Positions 9,354 to 19,114 of a stretch of DNA of 64,000 bases are shown piece after piece; positions within the stretch are counted from its first letter, which is position 1; each line of letters starts with the position of its first letter. Both the position numbers and the translations under genes were made by a program. The stretch comes from Bacillota bacterium (GTDB taxonomy: Bacteria; Bacillota; Bacilli; Paenibacillales; UBA4045). The notes below the pieces were generated by a model, which searched no databases, was not told the origin of the DNA, and saw nothing but the letters and a program-made list of their open reading frames with translations. The DNA lies in assembly GCA_023441055.1 (NCBI GenBank), contig JAEZQY010000029.1, positions 207,328 to 271,327 of the forward strand, written 5' to 3'.

Positions 9354-10010
9354 TTAGAATTTCTCAGGGAATTGCTTGATGATTCCTTCCGTGAGCATGT
9401 CAGCAAAATGAATCATATGGATCTCGTTCTTATCTGTTGCTGCAATATCTGCCTTCCAATCTCCTCGGAGACAGCTAAGGACAATTTCTGTAATCAACTG
9501 GAGATGTTCATACAGCATCTGCTGCATCTCTTTGAACGTCCAGTTCGGGTTGAGTGTGCTTAGCAGCTTCGCGATCTCATCGGCATTGCGATGCCAGTCC
9601 GCCTGTAGCTTCTTCACATCCGCCTGTTTGTTCGACTTGGCTGCTTCAACGATTTTACCTGCAATCAGGATATGCGCTTTAAGCAGTTCAGCCAGCTTAT
9701 TACCAGCTGCTTCCCCATAATAAGGCTTGAATAAGTTACCGATGTCCTGCTGGTTCTGTAATAGTCGGTTTAACACATCCTGTTGATCTTGACGATTAGA
9801 GATGGCACTGACAATATAGCTTCTTGTCCAAATCGTATGATCAATCCAAGCCTTCTGCATATCAACTTTCAGTTGTACCATTGCGGGACTTATGCACGAA
9901 TCCTTATCCTTGATCGCATTCGCATGCGCGAATTCTTGCGGCGGTACGATGCTAAATACGAGCGCCAAGGTTAGAAGCGGCGCGAGTACATTCTTGATGT
10001 TCACATTCAT
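9354..10010 (-). CDS. secreted helical hypothetical protein
   Basis: Signal peptide (…LALVFSIVPPQEFAHA|NA) followed by a helical, His/Trp-containing body. Family not recognised. Confidence 0.5.
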   Translation of the reverse strand: MNVNIKNVLAPLLTLALVFSIVPPQEFAHANAIKDKDSCISPAMVQLKVDMQKAWIDHTIWTRSYIVSAISNRQDQQDVLNRLLQNQQDIGNLFKPYYGEAAGNKLAELLKAHILIAGKIVEAAKSNKQADVKKLQADWHRNADEIAKLLSTLNPNWTFKEMQQMLYEHLQLITEIVLSCLRGDWKADIAATDKNEIHMIHFADMLTEGIIKQFPEKF

Positions 10011-10094
10011 CTGCTCCTCTGCACGTAAGGTATGAACAGGCCGTATTATTATGATTCGAATACCATAAATTATGCAGAGTAGGATTTAATCAAC

Positions 10095-10286
10095 ATGATT
10101 GTCCCGGATCAGCCTGACCCTCAGGCTGCGAAGGTCATGCAAGAGGTACACGGCGGGCGGTTCGGCGAGTTGCGTATCATGATGCAGTTCTTCTTCCAAA
10201 GCAATAACTTTCGTGGACAAGCGTTACAATATCGCGACCTGATTCGCGGTGTGTTCCTGGAAGAGATCTTAATGCATAACCAATAA
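10095..10286 (+). pseudogene. manganese-catalase gene fragment (relic)
   Basis: PDPQAAKVMQEVHGGRFGELRIMMQFFFQSNNFRGQ..YRDLIRGVFLEEI matches the N-terminal metal-site region of Mn catalases. It lacks the first ~12 residues and everything after EEI, leaving 63 codons. Confidence 0.7.
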
Positions 10287-10308
10287 GATACGCAGCAATC
10301 ATCTCAAT

Positions 10309-11364
10309 TTAGCGGAAGTGCTCCGCGGCCTCGGCAGCAATGCTCTCTGGCGCCTTTAAGCTCAGCGATTCACTATGCAGGAAGTTCAAGGTATGGATAT
10401 CGCTAGTTCCTAAAGCGCCATACGTAAGCCGCGGCACCAGACGAATATGCGCCCGACCCGAAGATGGCTGAATGGGGATGAACATAGCCAGGTTAAAGCT
10501 AGCCAGTCCCTTCTCGTTCAAATAGGGGAAGAAGCGCATCATACTGTTCGCAATTGCCTCGCAGCCGGATGCATCTAGCTCCGTGAATGAATGTACGCCT
10601 TCGAACACCCCGATGAAATCCATATGACTTCGTGGAGCGAAGGCGTGCACCCAGTTCAATTGGTTCTGTTGCCCGACCCAGCGAACACCGAGGCGTCGCT
10701 CTTCCTCGATCAAGGCTCCATAATAATCTGCACCATGCTCCTTATAATAGCGTTGAACTGCTGCAGAAGTGACTGCCTGATAGCGCGTCGGATGCTCCGA
10801 GGCCAGCACCTGGATATGCGGATGCAGAATGCTTCCACCCGAAGGGGGGAGATAGTTCCAATTGATTGACACATGCTTCACGGTTGGATCGGTGGCAATG
10901 ACCTTCTCCAGATATCGATGGGCGAGTAGGAAGGCATCGCTTATGCGATCTGCAGTAAATTCCTCCAGCCTCGTGTAATGCTGCTTCGTTATACGGATAA
11001 CGGCGTTATGCTTGGCATAGGGGAACAGGTTAGGGAATAGGACCGCTTCCCCCTTCTCCATTCGCCCGCCCTCCATCACCTGATCCGGAAACTTAGGGGT
11101 AGCAGCCCGTACATTCTCCTCACAGAACGGACACCACCCCTTCGAGGCTTCCTCTGTGTAATCCGGCGGCGCGAACGGCGCTCCGGGATCGAACAGAATC
11201 CGTGATGTCTCCCCTGTCAAGGGGTCATACCGAATTTCCGTTGCCCGGTCTATCAGCTTACCGTCTTGCATAGGGTCATGAAGTGTTAACCATTCCTGTT
11301 CCTTGCGAAATGTAATCGTCACTGGACAGCCCTCCATTGCATCTGCTTTTATCGAGCATACCAT
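10309..11364 (-). CDS. GalT-like HIT-superfamily nucleotidyltransferase (galactose-1-phosphate uridylyltransferase family)
   Basis: CPFCEEN zinc motif and HPHIQV (HxHxQ) active-site motif. Start is uncertain (ATG at 11364 or 11337), neither with a clear SD. Confidence 0.65.
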   Translation of the reverse strand: MVCSIKADAMEGCPVTITFRKEQEWLTLHDPMQDGKLIDRATEIRYDPLTGETSRILFDPGAPFAPPDYTEEASKGWCPFCEENVRAATPKFPDQVMEGGRMEKGEAVLFPNLFPYAKHNAVIRITKQHYTRLEEFTADRISDAFLLAHRYLEKVIATDPTVKHVSINWNYLPPSGGSILHPHIQVLASEHPTRYQAVTSAAVQRYYKEHGADYYGALIEEERRLGVRWVGQQNQLNWVHAFAPRSHMDFIGVFEGVHSFTELDASGCEAIANSMMRFFPYLNEKGLASFNLAMFIPIQPSSGRAHIRLVPRLTYGALGTSDIHTLNFLHSESLSLKAPESIAAEAAEHFR

Positions 11365-11467
11365 AATGAACCGCAGGTCGGGAATGAGCTGTGGTGTTGG
11401 AGCGATTTCGAAAATTGTTGATGATTGGCTATACTAGATAGTAAATCATTTTAAGGAGGAGCATAGT

Positions 11468-11863
11468 ATGGACAAGGTATTACCATTCTTAATGTTTCAA
11501 GGCGGCAAGGCGGAAGAAGCGATGAACTTTTACACATCGCTCATTGAGGATTCTGAAATTACAAGCATTATTCGATATGGCGCTAATGAAGCTGGTGATG
11601 AAGGAACGGTCATGCAGGCTACTTTCACTTTAAAAGGGCAGACGTTTATGTGTATCGACAGTAATGTCAAACATGCTTTTTCCTTTACACCTTCGTTCTC
11701 TATTTATGTTACGTGTAGTACGGAGGAAGAAATCGATACGCTGTATGCAAAGCTAATCGAAGAAGGTCAAGCTTTAATGCCACTAGGGAGTTATGGGTTC
11801 AGCAGGAAGTTCGGCTGGCTGAATGACCGCTACGGGGTGTCGTGGCAAATAAACTTTATCTAA
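11468..11863 (+). CDS. VOC/glyoxalase-fold protein (PhnB/3-demethylubiquinone methyltransferase-like domain)
   Basis: MDKVLPFLMFQGGKAEEAMNFYTSLI...FGWLNDRYGVSWQI. Strong SD AAGGAGG. Confidence 0.7.
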   Translation: MDKVLPFLMFQGGKAEEAMNFYTSLIEDSEITSIIRYGANEAGDEGTVMQATFTLKGQTFMCIDSNVKHAFSFTPSFSIYVTCSTEEEIDTLYAKLIEEGQALMPLGSYGFSRKFGWLNDRYGVSWQINFI

Positions 11864-11880
11864 GGCGTGCGAGAATACGA

Positions 11881-11908
11881 GAAGCCGCCTTGAAATAAAG
11901 GCGGCTTC
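11881..11908. terminator. hairpin between convergent genes
   Basis: gaagccgcc-ttgaaataa-ggcggcttc. No strong T-tract on either side. Confidence 0.5.
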
Positions 11909-11939
11909 GCACATCTAGGCCCCTCCAGGCCCCTTACTC

Positions 11940-14264
11940 TCATTGATCGCTGTTATTATTATTCGCATACCACAGGCGCAGCAGCAACGCTGTCGCTTCC
12001 GCTCTTGTAGCTGGATCCGATGGGCTGAATCGATTGCCTTCGCGTCCGTATATTAAATTCTTCTGAACAGCACCGTTCACATAGCCCTTTGCCCAGCTTG
12101 GAATATCCGTGTCATCTGCGAATGCGGTGTCTCCCTGTTCACGCTCCCACTTCATTGCCTTGGCTAGCATGACGACCATCTCTGACCGACTTACATGCTG
12201 CATCGGCCGAATGGTACGGTCCGGATACCCCTGCAATATGCCGTGTTCCACTGCCGCACTGACTGACGTTCTACCCCAGCCTGGAATTTGTTCATGATCG
12301 ATAAAGCTTCGCCCGCTCTCGGCAGACCCCGAGCTTATTCCAAGCACACGCAGCAGGATCGCCACGAATTCTACTCGAGTGATATACGCTTGAGGCTGGA
12401 AGCTCGACTCGGAGTACCCTTCAACAATCCCGATTCCTAAAGCTTCACAGATGAGCTGCTCCGCCCAATGGCCCTCGGTATCCTGGAAGGCACAAGCTTG
12501 TGTATCAGGCTCCACTGGTATCACCAACCGATGAATCGTCAAGTCATACGTCTGGAGCTTGCCGCTCTCCGCCTTCACTGTGATCTCAAACGCATTAACG
12601 CCATCCATAAGGGTTACGGTTTGTTCCCCAGCAAGTGTCTCTGTATCTAATGTTACAGCAGCATTCCAATCAGAGGCGACCGCTTCAATCGTTACTTCAT
12701 CGGCTGTCGTCTCCACTTGATACTCGGTCGTATCGGCTGAGAACTCCGGTGTTAATACTAGCTCGTCTTCTCCAGCCTTCACAATAAGCTGTGCGAGATC
12801 AGCATTGTCTGATTGCTGATTAACCGTAGGTGTACTGGATGGGGGCGGCGGTGCAGGTGGATTCAGCAGCGTCCAAACCGCATATAATTGAACATCACTG
12901 TTCATTAAGATCGTCTCATGTGGGCGGTACGTATCCCCGCTGCCATCTGCCTCTGTGTTCCATGCGTGAAATTGATAGTCCGCCTTCGTCCAATCATGAG
13001 GGATATCCTGAATCTCCACGGATGTGCCTGGCTTATAGGACTGGATGCTATGTTGCTCACTGCTGTGATCTGTTCCATTCCCTATATAGGTGAGATAGAA
13101 TTGGATATCCTTTACATAGGGATAACCGTTAAGAACCAGACTATGGATATCCCAATCGTTATCAAAGTCCCAGCCGATATAATTACGCCAATCCTTCATC
13201 TCTTCGGTAGTCAGACCTAGTGCGTCAACATCCGATTCTCCTGTGGTCTCCAGATTATAATAACTATTCGTAACTCGTCCAGGATTGCTATAACCTGTTA
13301 CGGCACCTATCGGAGATCCGTTCGTTACCTGCCCGGTCACATAGCTGGTTGTGACCCATCCATCGCTGTTATCACCGACTAGCCCTCCAATCGAATCACC
13401 GGCGCCGCTTACCCCGCATAACCCAGTTACCATTCCAGTCGTAAAGCTGTTGACAACATGCGAATCCTCATTTTCTCCTACTAACCCGCCGGTATCCTCA
13501 CAACCGGTTACGTTGCCAGTTGCATAGCTGTTCGTGATTAGCGCGCCATTTATTTGCTTGCCGACGAGCCCCCCAACCTGATCGTCCAAGCCCTTTACAT
13601 CAGCCGCAGCGTAACTGTGTGAGATCGTCGCACTATCATTAAATCCAAATAAGCCGCCTACATTGGATAAGCCATTAACGCTGCCCGTCGCAAAACTGTT
13701 CGTTACATTCGATGCCACTTGCAGACCTGCCAGGCCGCCTACATACTCACGGCCGTAGACACTGCCAGTAACCCCAACGTTATGCAGGGCTGCTTGATTC
13801 TTACCTGCCAGCAATCCTACATGATCTTGACCGGTTACTTGAATGGCTTCTATCGTAAGGTTTTTTATCGTGCTTGTTGTTCCAATCACACTGAATAGTC
13901 CCACGGGTTCAGCAGCAGCAAGCAAATGGATACTCAAATTATATATTTTATGGTTTTGGCCATCTAGGCTCCCTGTGAATGCTGTGGTCTCGTCCCCAAT
14001 CGGCTCCCATGGACTACCGGCGTCGAACACACTCATATCAATATCGTTAATTAATATAAAATGGCTGTCCAGATAGTTCCTCATTTCATCTAGTTGTTCA
14101 GCAGTAGAGATCCAGTACGGATCGACAAGTGTTCCACTTCCTCCAGCAAAGTCGTCAGCTGCATATACCTTTCCTCCACCGAAACCGAACACCCCTGGAT
14201 AAGCACCGATCAACAGCACCATCACAAGAGATATGATCACACTTCGTCTACGCATCACGTTCAT
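11940..14264 (-). CDS. S-layer-anchored surface protein with GLUG repeats, Listeria-Bacteroides (flg_new) repeat, cadherin-like domain and 3 SLH domains
   Basis: Repeated VGGL(A/F/V)G GLUG motifs; YQFHAWNTEADGSG...VQLYAVW; NADLAQLIV...TEYQVET; three C-terminal SLH repeats (FQDTEGHWAE..., FIDHEQIPGW..., FADDTDIPSWAK...). SD GGAGG before the ATG at 14264, then a signal peptide. Confidence 0.8.
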   Translation of the reverse strand: MNVMRRRSVIISLVMVLLIGAYPGVFGFGGGKVYAADDFAGGSGTLVDPYWISTAEQLDEMRNYLDSHFILINDIDMSVFDAGSPWEPIGDETTAFTGSLDGQNHKIYNLSIHLLAAAEPVGLFSVIGTTSTIKNLTIEAIQVTGQDHVGLLAGKNQAALHNVGVTGSVYGREYVGGLAGLQVASNVTNSFATGSVNGLSNVGGLFGFNDSATISHSYAAADVKGLDDQVGGLVGKQINGALITNSYATGNVTGCEDTGGLVGENEDSHVVNSFTTGMVTGLCGVSGAGDSIGGLVGDNSDGWVTTSYVTGQVTNGSPIGAVTGYSNPGRVTNSYYNLETTGESDVDALGLTTEEMKDWRNYIGWDFDNDWDIHSLVLNGYPYVKDIQFYLTYIGNGTDHSSEQHSIQSYKPGTSVEIQDIPHDWTKADYQFHAWNTEADGSGDTYRPHETILMNSDVQLYAVWTLLNPPAPPPPSSTPTVNQQSDNADLAQLIVKAGEDELVLTPEFSADTTEYQVETTADEVTIEAVASDWNAAVTLDTETLAGEQTVTLMDGVNAFEITVKAESGKLQTYDLTIHRLVIPVEPDTQACAFQDTEGHWAEQLICEALGIGIVEGYSESSFQPQAYITRVEFVAILLRVLGISSGSAESGRSFIDHEQIPGWGRTSVSAAVEHGILQGYPDRTIRPMQHVSRSEMVVMLAKAMKWEREQGDTAFADDTDIPSWAKGYVNGAVQKNLIYGREGNRFSPSDPATRAEATALLLRLWYANNNNSDQ

Positions 14265-14515
14265 TTCCCAACCTCCAACATAGTCAAATAAAACTAGCAG
14301 CATTTGTCACTCCACATTATAACATTGACTAATGATAGAATTATGACAGAATCTGCTCGCAAGGATGGTCCCTTATCTAGGTCCATCCCATGTCGGGTAA
14401 TGTCGACCGTGGTTACTCAGAACCAGCTGCCAACTTGGCTGTAACGCCCTATTCCATCGTACATGCCTGATATGATAATCTTGACGGGACATTCTGCAGG
14501 TATGGGAGGTATATC

Positions 14516-15760
14516 GTGGTGGTGAATGTGGTCAGTCGGTTGCTGAAGCTTGCCGTTGGCGGAGTATTTGCAGCATTGCTGCTTAAAGGTCTACTTGGGG
14601 GAGCAGCCGCGCAAGCCGCGGATTCCCCGATCGTTGTACATGTTGATGGCGAGGCGCTCGATTTCAATATTGAACCTAACCTGCAGGCAGGGACAACCCT
14701 CGTGCAGATGAGACCGATCTTCGAAGCATTAGGACTGGCATTAATCTGGGACCCTAGTACACGCAGCATTACTGCGACTAAGGAAGGCTATACCTTGTCC
14801 ATGACCTTGGGCAGCGATATCGCAACCGTGAACGGACAGCAAGTGAAATTAGCGCGGCCGGCGGCAGCGGTAGATGGCCACACGATTGTTCCGCTGCGCT
14901 TCGTAGGCGAGGCAACCGGGGCTTTCGTCCATTGGAACGGTGTAGGCCGGGAAATTCTTGTGATGTCGGAAGCATACATGGCAAATCTGGGCATGACACG
15001 GGCTGAGGTGGAGGACCTCATGGATGAATTACAACGAGAGCTCGATGAAGAACATGCGCGGAAGGTCGCTGAAACAAAGGAAAAGGAAGCTGTCGCTAAG
15101 TCTGAACCGAAGCCATTAATCAAGGTGGATGAGAGCAAGCTGCAAGGGATGTTCTATGGATTCGAGAATGACTTCGGCGGGTACGAATGCGGGGGAATGT
15201 GCTGGAGATTCTATACGTTCCTGCCTGACAGCCAGGTCGTTGTAGGCGAGCCTGCCGGCGGCGGACCGGAGACGATTAATTGTAAGGTGGATGCATGCCT
15301 GACCTATTCCATCAAGGATGGACAGCTGCATATGACTGGGCAAGAATCCCTCAGCATCGGTCAGACGGAGGAAGGTGTCCTCGTTATTAACGATGCTTAC
15401 CTTAGTAAGGCAGAGCCTGTCGCTGACCGATACAAGCTGGACGGCACATACGTGACAAGAGGCTATCAAGGGTTTGTCGGCATTACGCCATTCTCATCCT
15501 CGTGGACCAAATACCTGACCTTCTATGCGGATGGAACGTTCGAGAGTGACAGCACCTCATTAGGCATATTAGATACGGGCTCCTCCCATACAAGCGGGAC
15601 TGTTGCACCCGACACGGTTAAGGGAACTTATCATATCAACGATAATACGATCACGCTGAACTATCCAGATGGCACGACAGCCAAGCATGTCTTTATCCTT
15701 GACAATGAGGGCGACCTGCAGATTGGCGATAACAATTACAGCTTGGCTACTGAGGAGTAG
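14516..15760 (+). CDS. secreted copper-amine-oxidase N-terminal (stalk) domain protein
   Basis: Signal peptide ending AAAQA|AD. Stalk-domain repeats (...TLVQMRPIFEALGLALIWD..., ...HTIVPLRFVGEATGAFVHWN...). GTG start after a GGGAGG SD. Confidence 0.7.
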   Translation: MVVNVVSRLLKLAVGGVFAALLLKGLLGGAAAQAADSPIVVHVDGEALDFNIEPNLQAGTTLVQMRPIFEALGLALIWDPSTRSITATKEGYTLSMTLGSDIATVNGQQVKLARPAAAVDGHTIVPLRFVGEATGAFVHWNGVGREILVMSEAYMANLGMTRAEVEDLMDELQRELDEEHARKVAETKEKEAVAKSEPKPLIKVDESKLQGMFYGFENDFGGYECGGMCWRFYTFLPDSQVVVGEPAGGGPETINCKVDACLTYSIKDGQLHMTGQESLSIGQTEEGVLVINDAYLSKAEPVADRYKLDGTYVTRGYQGFVGITPFSSSWTKYLTFYADGTFESDSTSLGILDTGSSHTSGTVAPDTVKGTYHINDNTITLNYPDGTTAKHVFILDNEGDLQIGDNNYSLATEE

Positions 15761-15801
15761 CACTTAATGTCTTATCTACGGTTTTCCTAAGACGTACTGA
15801 A

Positions 15802-15819
15802 GGCGCCCATATGGGCGCC
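15802..15819. terminator. GC-rich perfect palindrome between convergent genes
   Basis: ggcgcccatatgggcgcc followed by caatttta. Confidence 0.55.
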
Positions 15820-15824
15820 CAATT

Positions 15825-16259
15825 TTATGTGTTCGTTTGTTCCGCATAGCGTTTGAAGTTATCCATGATCGCCTGCCACCCTGCTTGCTGCATCTCAACG
15901 GAATTTATGCCCTCAGCGTCGAAGATTTGAACGATCTTCGTGGTGTCGCCTTGCGCTGTAAACTTGATATCGACCCGTCGGCCGTCCCCCAATGTATAGG
16001 AGATCACCTCATGCAGCTTCACTTCGTCATAAGTTCCGCCGAAATCAAAGCCCATGCTGCCGTCCTTCGCTTCCATTCTTGTCACGAACGTGCCGCCGAC
16101 CCGCAGGTCGTTCTCCGCTCTAGGCGCATGCCACTCCTCAGATGCCTGATTCCACTTCGTAATGTGGACCGGCTCAGTCCAATAGCTCCACACTCGTGCT
16201 ACTGGGGCCTGAACGACAGCTTCTACGGTTACATTCGTTGGTTGATTTGTCTCCATCAT
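15825..16259 (-). CDS. SRPBCC-superfamily protein (AHSA1/activator-of-Hsp90-ATPase-like)
   Basis: ...VEAVVQAPVARVWSYWTEPVHITKWN...FDFGGTYDEV.... SD AAGAGGTG before ATGATG at 16259. The longer listed ORF overlaps the sigma gene. Confidence 0.7.
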   Translation of the reverse strand: MMETNQPTNVTVEAVVQAPVARVWSYWTEPVHITKWNQASEEWHAPRAENDLRVGGTFVTRMEAKDGSMGFDFGGTYDEVKLHEVISYTLGDGRRVDIKFTAQGDTTKIVQIFDAEGINSVEMQQAGWQAIMDNFKRYAEQTNT

Positions 16260-16320
16260 TGAACACCTCTTTCGGTAATTTTCACTTCTCACTACTATAG
16301 ACGATCGGCGATCCCCATAT

Positions 16321-17277
16321 TCATCGGTCGATTCGTTCCGGAAGCCCCAATTGGGAAAATAAATTCGCATTAATAAAATTCTGAACGTGGAAAATGTGAT
16401 TGTTCTTCACTTCAATGACATGAATACCCCATGGCACCAAATCGGACGAATCCGGGCTGGGCACATACTGCGCCAACGCGGGATAACCGCCATTCACTAA
16501 TGTCGGCAATAACTTAGACCCGACACAATGCCACCGCGTCACCTCGAAGAACTTGGACAAGTCGTCCTGGCCACTTATCCACATTGCGAATGGCGGCATG
16601 GACATGCAGCCTTCCTCATGAAACAGGGCCACAAGTGCTTGAATATCGAATTGTTCGAAAGCCTCCACATAACGTGAGAGAAGTCCCTGATCGGGGACAG
16701 TATCCATCCTGCTGTATTCATCAGAGCGAAGCTTCGTTCGGTCCAGCGTCTCCCTGGCTCGCTGCAAGGCGCTGTTCACCGCCGCCGGTGACATAACTAA
16801 TGTCTCCGCGATCTGCTTCGACGACCATTCGAACACATCCTTCAGAATGAGCACCGCACGCTGGCGGGGCGGTAAGGCCTGCAAGAGCGCGATGAAGCAG
16901 AGCTGCAGGGTATCCTTGCGAACAACAACATCCTCCGGGCTTTCGCCAAACTCGGGTGATGGCCAAATCCAGGACGAATCGGGCAATGTTTCGCTAGGCT
17001 CGACTATGGAGGACGCCGGGTCTGACAGGTCCAGCGGAAGCACTCTGCGCTTGGCTTGCCTCAGCTTGTCCAAGCATAAGTTCGAGGCGATGCGGTAGAT
17101 CCATGTCTTCATGGAAGAATCCTGCCTGAACGTGCTCCAGCTTTGCCAGGCCCGAATATAGGTTTCCTGGACAACATCATCCGCATCATCGAATGAACCT
17201 AACATGCGGTAACAGAATGAGGTTAATCCGGGCTTTATGCGCTCAAATCCATTCAAATCAAATGCGGTATCGTTCAT
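16321..17277 (-). CDS. ECF sigma-70 factor with fused C-terminal SnoaL/NTF2-like domain (ECF41/ECF56-like architecture)
   Basis: Region 2 (DDADDVVQETYIRAWQSW), region 4 (LPPRQRAVLILKDVFEWSSKQIAETLVMSPAAVNSALQRAR) and a ~130-aa extension. SD GAAGGAGG places the start at the ATG at 17277. Confidence 0.8.
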   Translation of the reverse strand: MNDTAFDLNGFERIKPGLTSFCYRMLGSFDDADDVVQETYIRAWQSWSTFRQDSSMKTWIYRIASNLCLDKLRQAKRRVLPLDLSDPASSIVEPSETLPDSSWIWPSPEFGESPEDVVVRKDTLQLCFIALLQALPPRQRAVLILKDVFEWSSKQIAETLVMSPAAVNSALQRARETLDRTKLRSDEYSRMDTVPDQGLLSRYVEAFEQFDIQALVALFHEEGCMSMPPFAMWISGQDDLSKFFEVTRWHCVGSKLLPTLVNGGYPALAQYVPSPDSSDLVPWGIHVIEVKNNHIFHVQNFINANLFSQLGLPERIDR

Positions 17278-17324
17278 CTTTGCCTCCTTCATTGAGTACC
17301 CTTCGATCAGTTTCCCCTTTCCCC

Positions 17325-17353
17325 ATTATATTCCATCCACCAGACCGCCTCAA
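17325..17353 (-). promoter_or_regulatory. candidate sigma-A promoter of the ECF sigma gene (TTGAGG-N17-TATAAT)
   Basis: Read on the minus strand: -35 at 17353-17348 and -10 at 17330-17325. Confidence 0.4.
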
Positions 17354-17396
17354 TAAAAAAAAGACAATAAAGGGAAAGCCCTATACGAGCTTTCCC
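17353..17396 (-). terminator. rho-independent terminator of the LytTR/ABC operon
   Basis: Minus strand: GGGAAAGC-tcgtatag-GGCTTTCCC followed by TTTATTGTCTTTTTTTTATTG. Confidence 0.8.
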
Positions 17397-17431
17397 AAGG
17401 GTGGAGAAGTGTATGAGGTTAACCTGCACGT

Positions 17432-18133
17432 CTACTCATCCTTCAATCGCTTCTGATACAACACAATCGACACAGCCTGGAGCACAACCGCCCATACCAA
17501 CATAATCAGAAGGGGCTTCCACGCCTGTTCAACGGAATAACCGGCAGTCAGCATCTCCACCAGGTGCATAAGCTGTGTGCTCGGCGCATACTCCAGCACC
17601 TTGAATATCGGGAAATCATCCACCAACAGGAAGCCGAATGGTGCTGCAGTAAACAGGATAAGGACTGGGAAGACAGACAAGGATGCCTCCATGACCGACT
17701 TCGAGAACAGGCCGCAAATGGTGCCGGCAGCTGTATATAGAATTGTTGAAATCACCATAGCTGTGAGGAAAACCCATAAGCCATTCGGCTCATACCCGTA
17801 TATGAACGTAACCGCTGCAAGCATGACAGCAGAGACCATGAACACCAAGGAGCTCTTCCCAATGAGCACATCCATAGTCGTAGCTGGTGTTAGCATTAAG
17901 GAGCGTAGCGTGTTGCGCTCCTTCTCTTCTGCGATGAGCGCGGCTTGCATAAAGCAGGATAGCATAGCGAATGTGAAGTTCAGGATAAAGCTAAATACGA
18001 GAATATCCATATCTTTATAGAGATAAGCGAAGGGCAGCGGAAACAGCATCACAATGGAGATTGCATAATTGCGCGTAAACTCCTTGTAATCCTTCACCAT
18101 AATTGCTCGAACACGTCTCATTGAGATGCTCAT
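17432..18133 (-). CDS. ABC-2 type transporter permease
   Basis: 233 aa, 6 TM helices. Its start overlaps the upstream ATPase stop by 4 nt. Confidence 0.75.
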   Translation of the reverse strand: MSISMRRVRAIMVKDYKEFTRNYAISIVMLFPLPFAYLYKDMDILVFSFILNFTFAMLSCFMQAALIAEEKERNTLRSLMLTPATTMDVLIGKSSLVFMVSAVMLAAVTFIYGYEPNGLWVFLTAMVISTILYTAAGTICGLFSKSVMEASLSVFPVLILFTAAPFGFLLVDDFPIFKVLEYAPSTQLMHLVEMLTAGYSVEQAWKPLLIMLVWAVVLQAVSIVLYQKRLKDE

Positions 18134-18984
18134 ATCAGCTCACTCCCTGTCATTTTAATGAAAATATCGCCTAAACTCGGTTCCTTCGTCTCTAGCCGTT
18201 CAATGAATCCTCGCTTCATCCAATCCGCAATGCGATCAGCTGTCTCATCACCAATTGGCAGCTCGTAGATCTCGCCGTTATTCAATTCGACACGAACGAG
18301 CTCCTCGCGATTCTGTCTCTTCAGCTCCTTAGGCGTGCCAATCGCCTGGATCTGTCCGCGATACAGAATCGCCACACGGTTGCATAGCAGCTCAGCTTCT
18401 GTCATATCGTGCGTCGTCAAGAAGATCGTAGTCCCCTGCTCGTTCAGGTAGCGCAATCCCTTGTAGATATGCATGGTGTTGACAGGATCAAGCGCAGAGG
18501 TCGGCTCATCCAGGAACAGCAATTCCGGCTTATGAATAATTGCGCATGCTAACATGACCCGCTGACGCATACCCTTGGACAGAACGCTTACACGCTTCTT
18601 GCGCTCTCCAGCTAAATTGACAAACTGCAGCACCTCATCAATAGCGGACTTGGGGAGATCATATAATTGACGGAACATATCCAGATTCTCCTCAATCGTC
18701 AGCCGCTCATACAGACCGCTGTTATCCGTCAGAATACCGAATCGCAGCTTCTGATCCGATTGGCGCATCTGCTTCGACGACAGCCCCAGGACGCTCGCCT
18801 GCCCGCTCGTCTCTTCCAATTGTCCGGTTAAGATCTTAATTAATGTCGTCTTACCTGCGCCGCTCGGTCCTAGAAAACCGAAGATCTCTCCTTTGGGGAT
18901 CGAGAACGATACATTAGATAAGGCATCCTGGTTCCCGAATCGCTTTCGAATCTGTTCAACCTTGATCACATCCATACTCGCCAC
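18130..18984 (-). CDS. ABC transporter ATP-binding protein
   Basis: Walker A GPSGAGKTT, signature LSKGMRQR, Walker B LLFLDEPTSALD, H-loop TTHD. SD AAGGAG. Confidence 0.9.
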   Translation of the reverse strand: MASMDVIKVEQIRKRFGNQDALSNVSFSIPKGEIFGFLGPSGAGKTTLIKILTGQLEETSGQASVLGLSSKQMRQSDQKLRFGILTDNSGLYERLTIEENLDMFRQLYDLPKSAIDEVLQFVNLAGERKKRVSVLSKGMRQRVMLACAIIHKPELLFLDEPTSALDPVNTMHIYKGLRYLNEQGTTIFLTTHDMTEAELLCNRVAILYRGQIQAIGTPKELKRQNREELVRVELNNGEIYELPIGDETADRIADWMKRGFIERLETKEPSLGDIFIKMTGSELI

Positions 18985-19114
18985 TCCTTATGTGTTGATG
19001 GCTTAAGCATAGTAGGATTCCACTCTTCCAACCATCAAAACAGGATGAATTGTAGCGATTTTGACCTGAAGTGTACCCTAGCGGGCCTGAATGGTTCCAT
19101 TATTTCCGGGGAAA

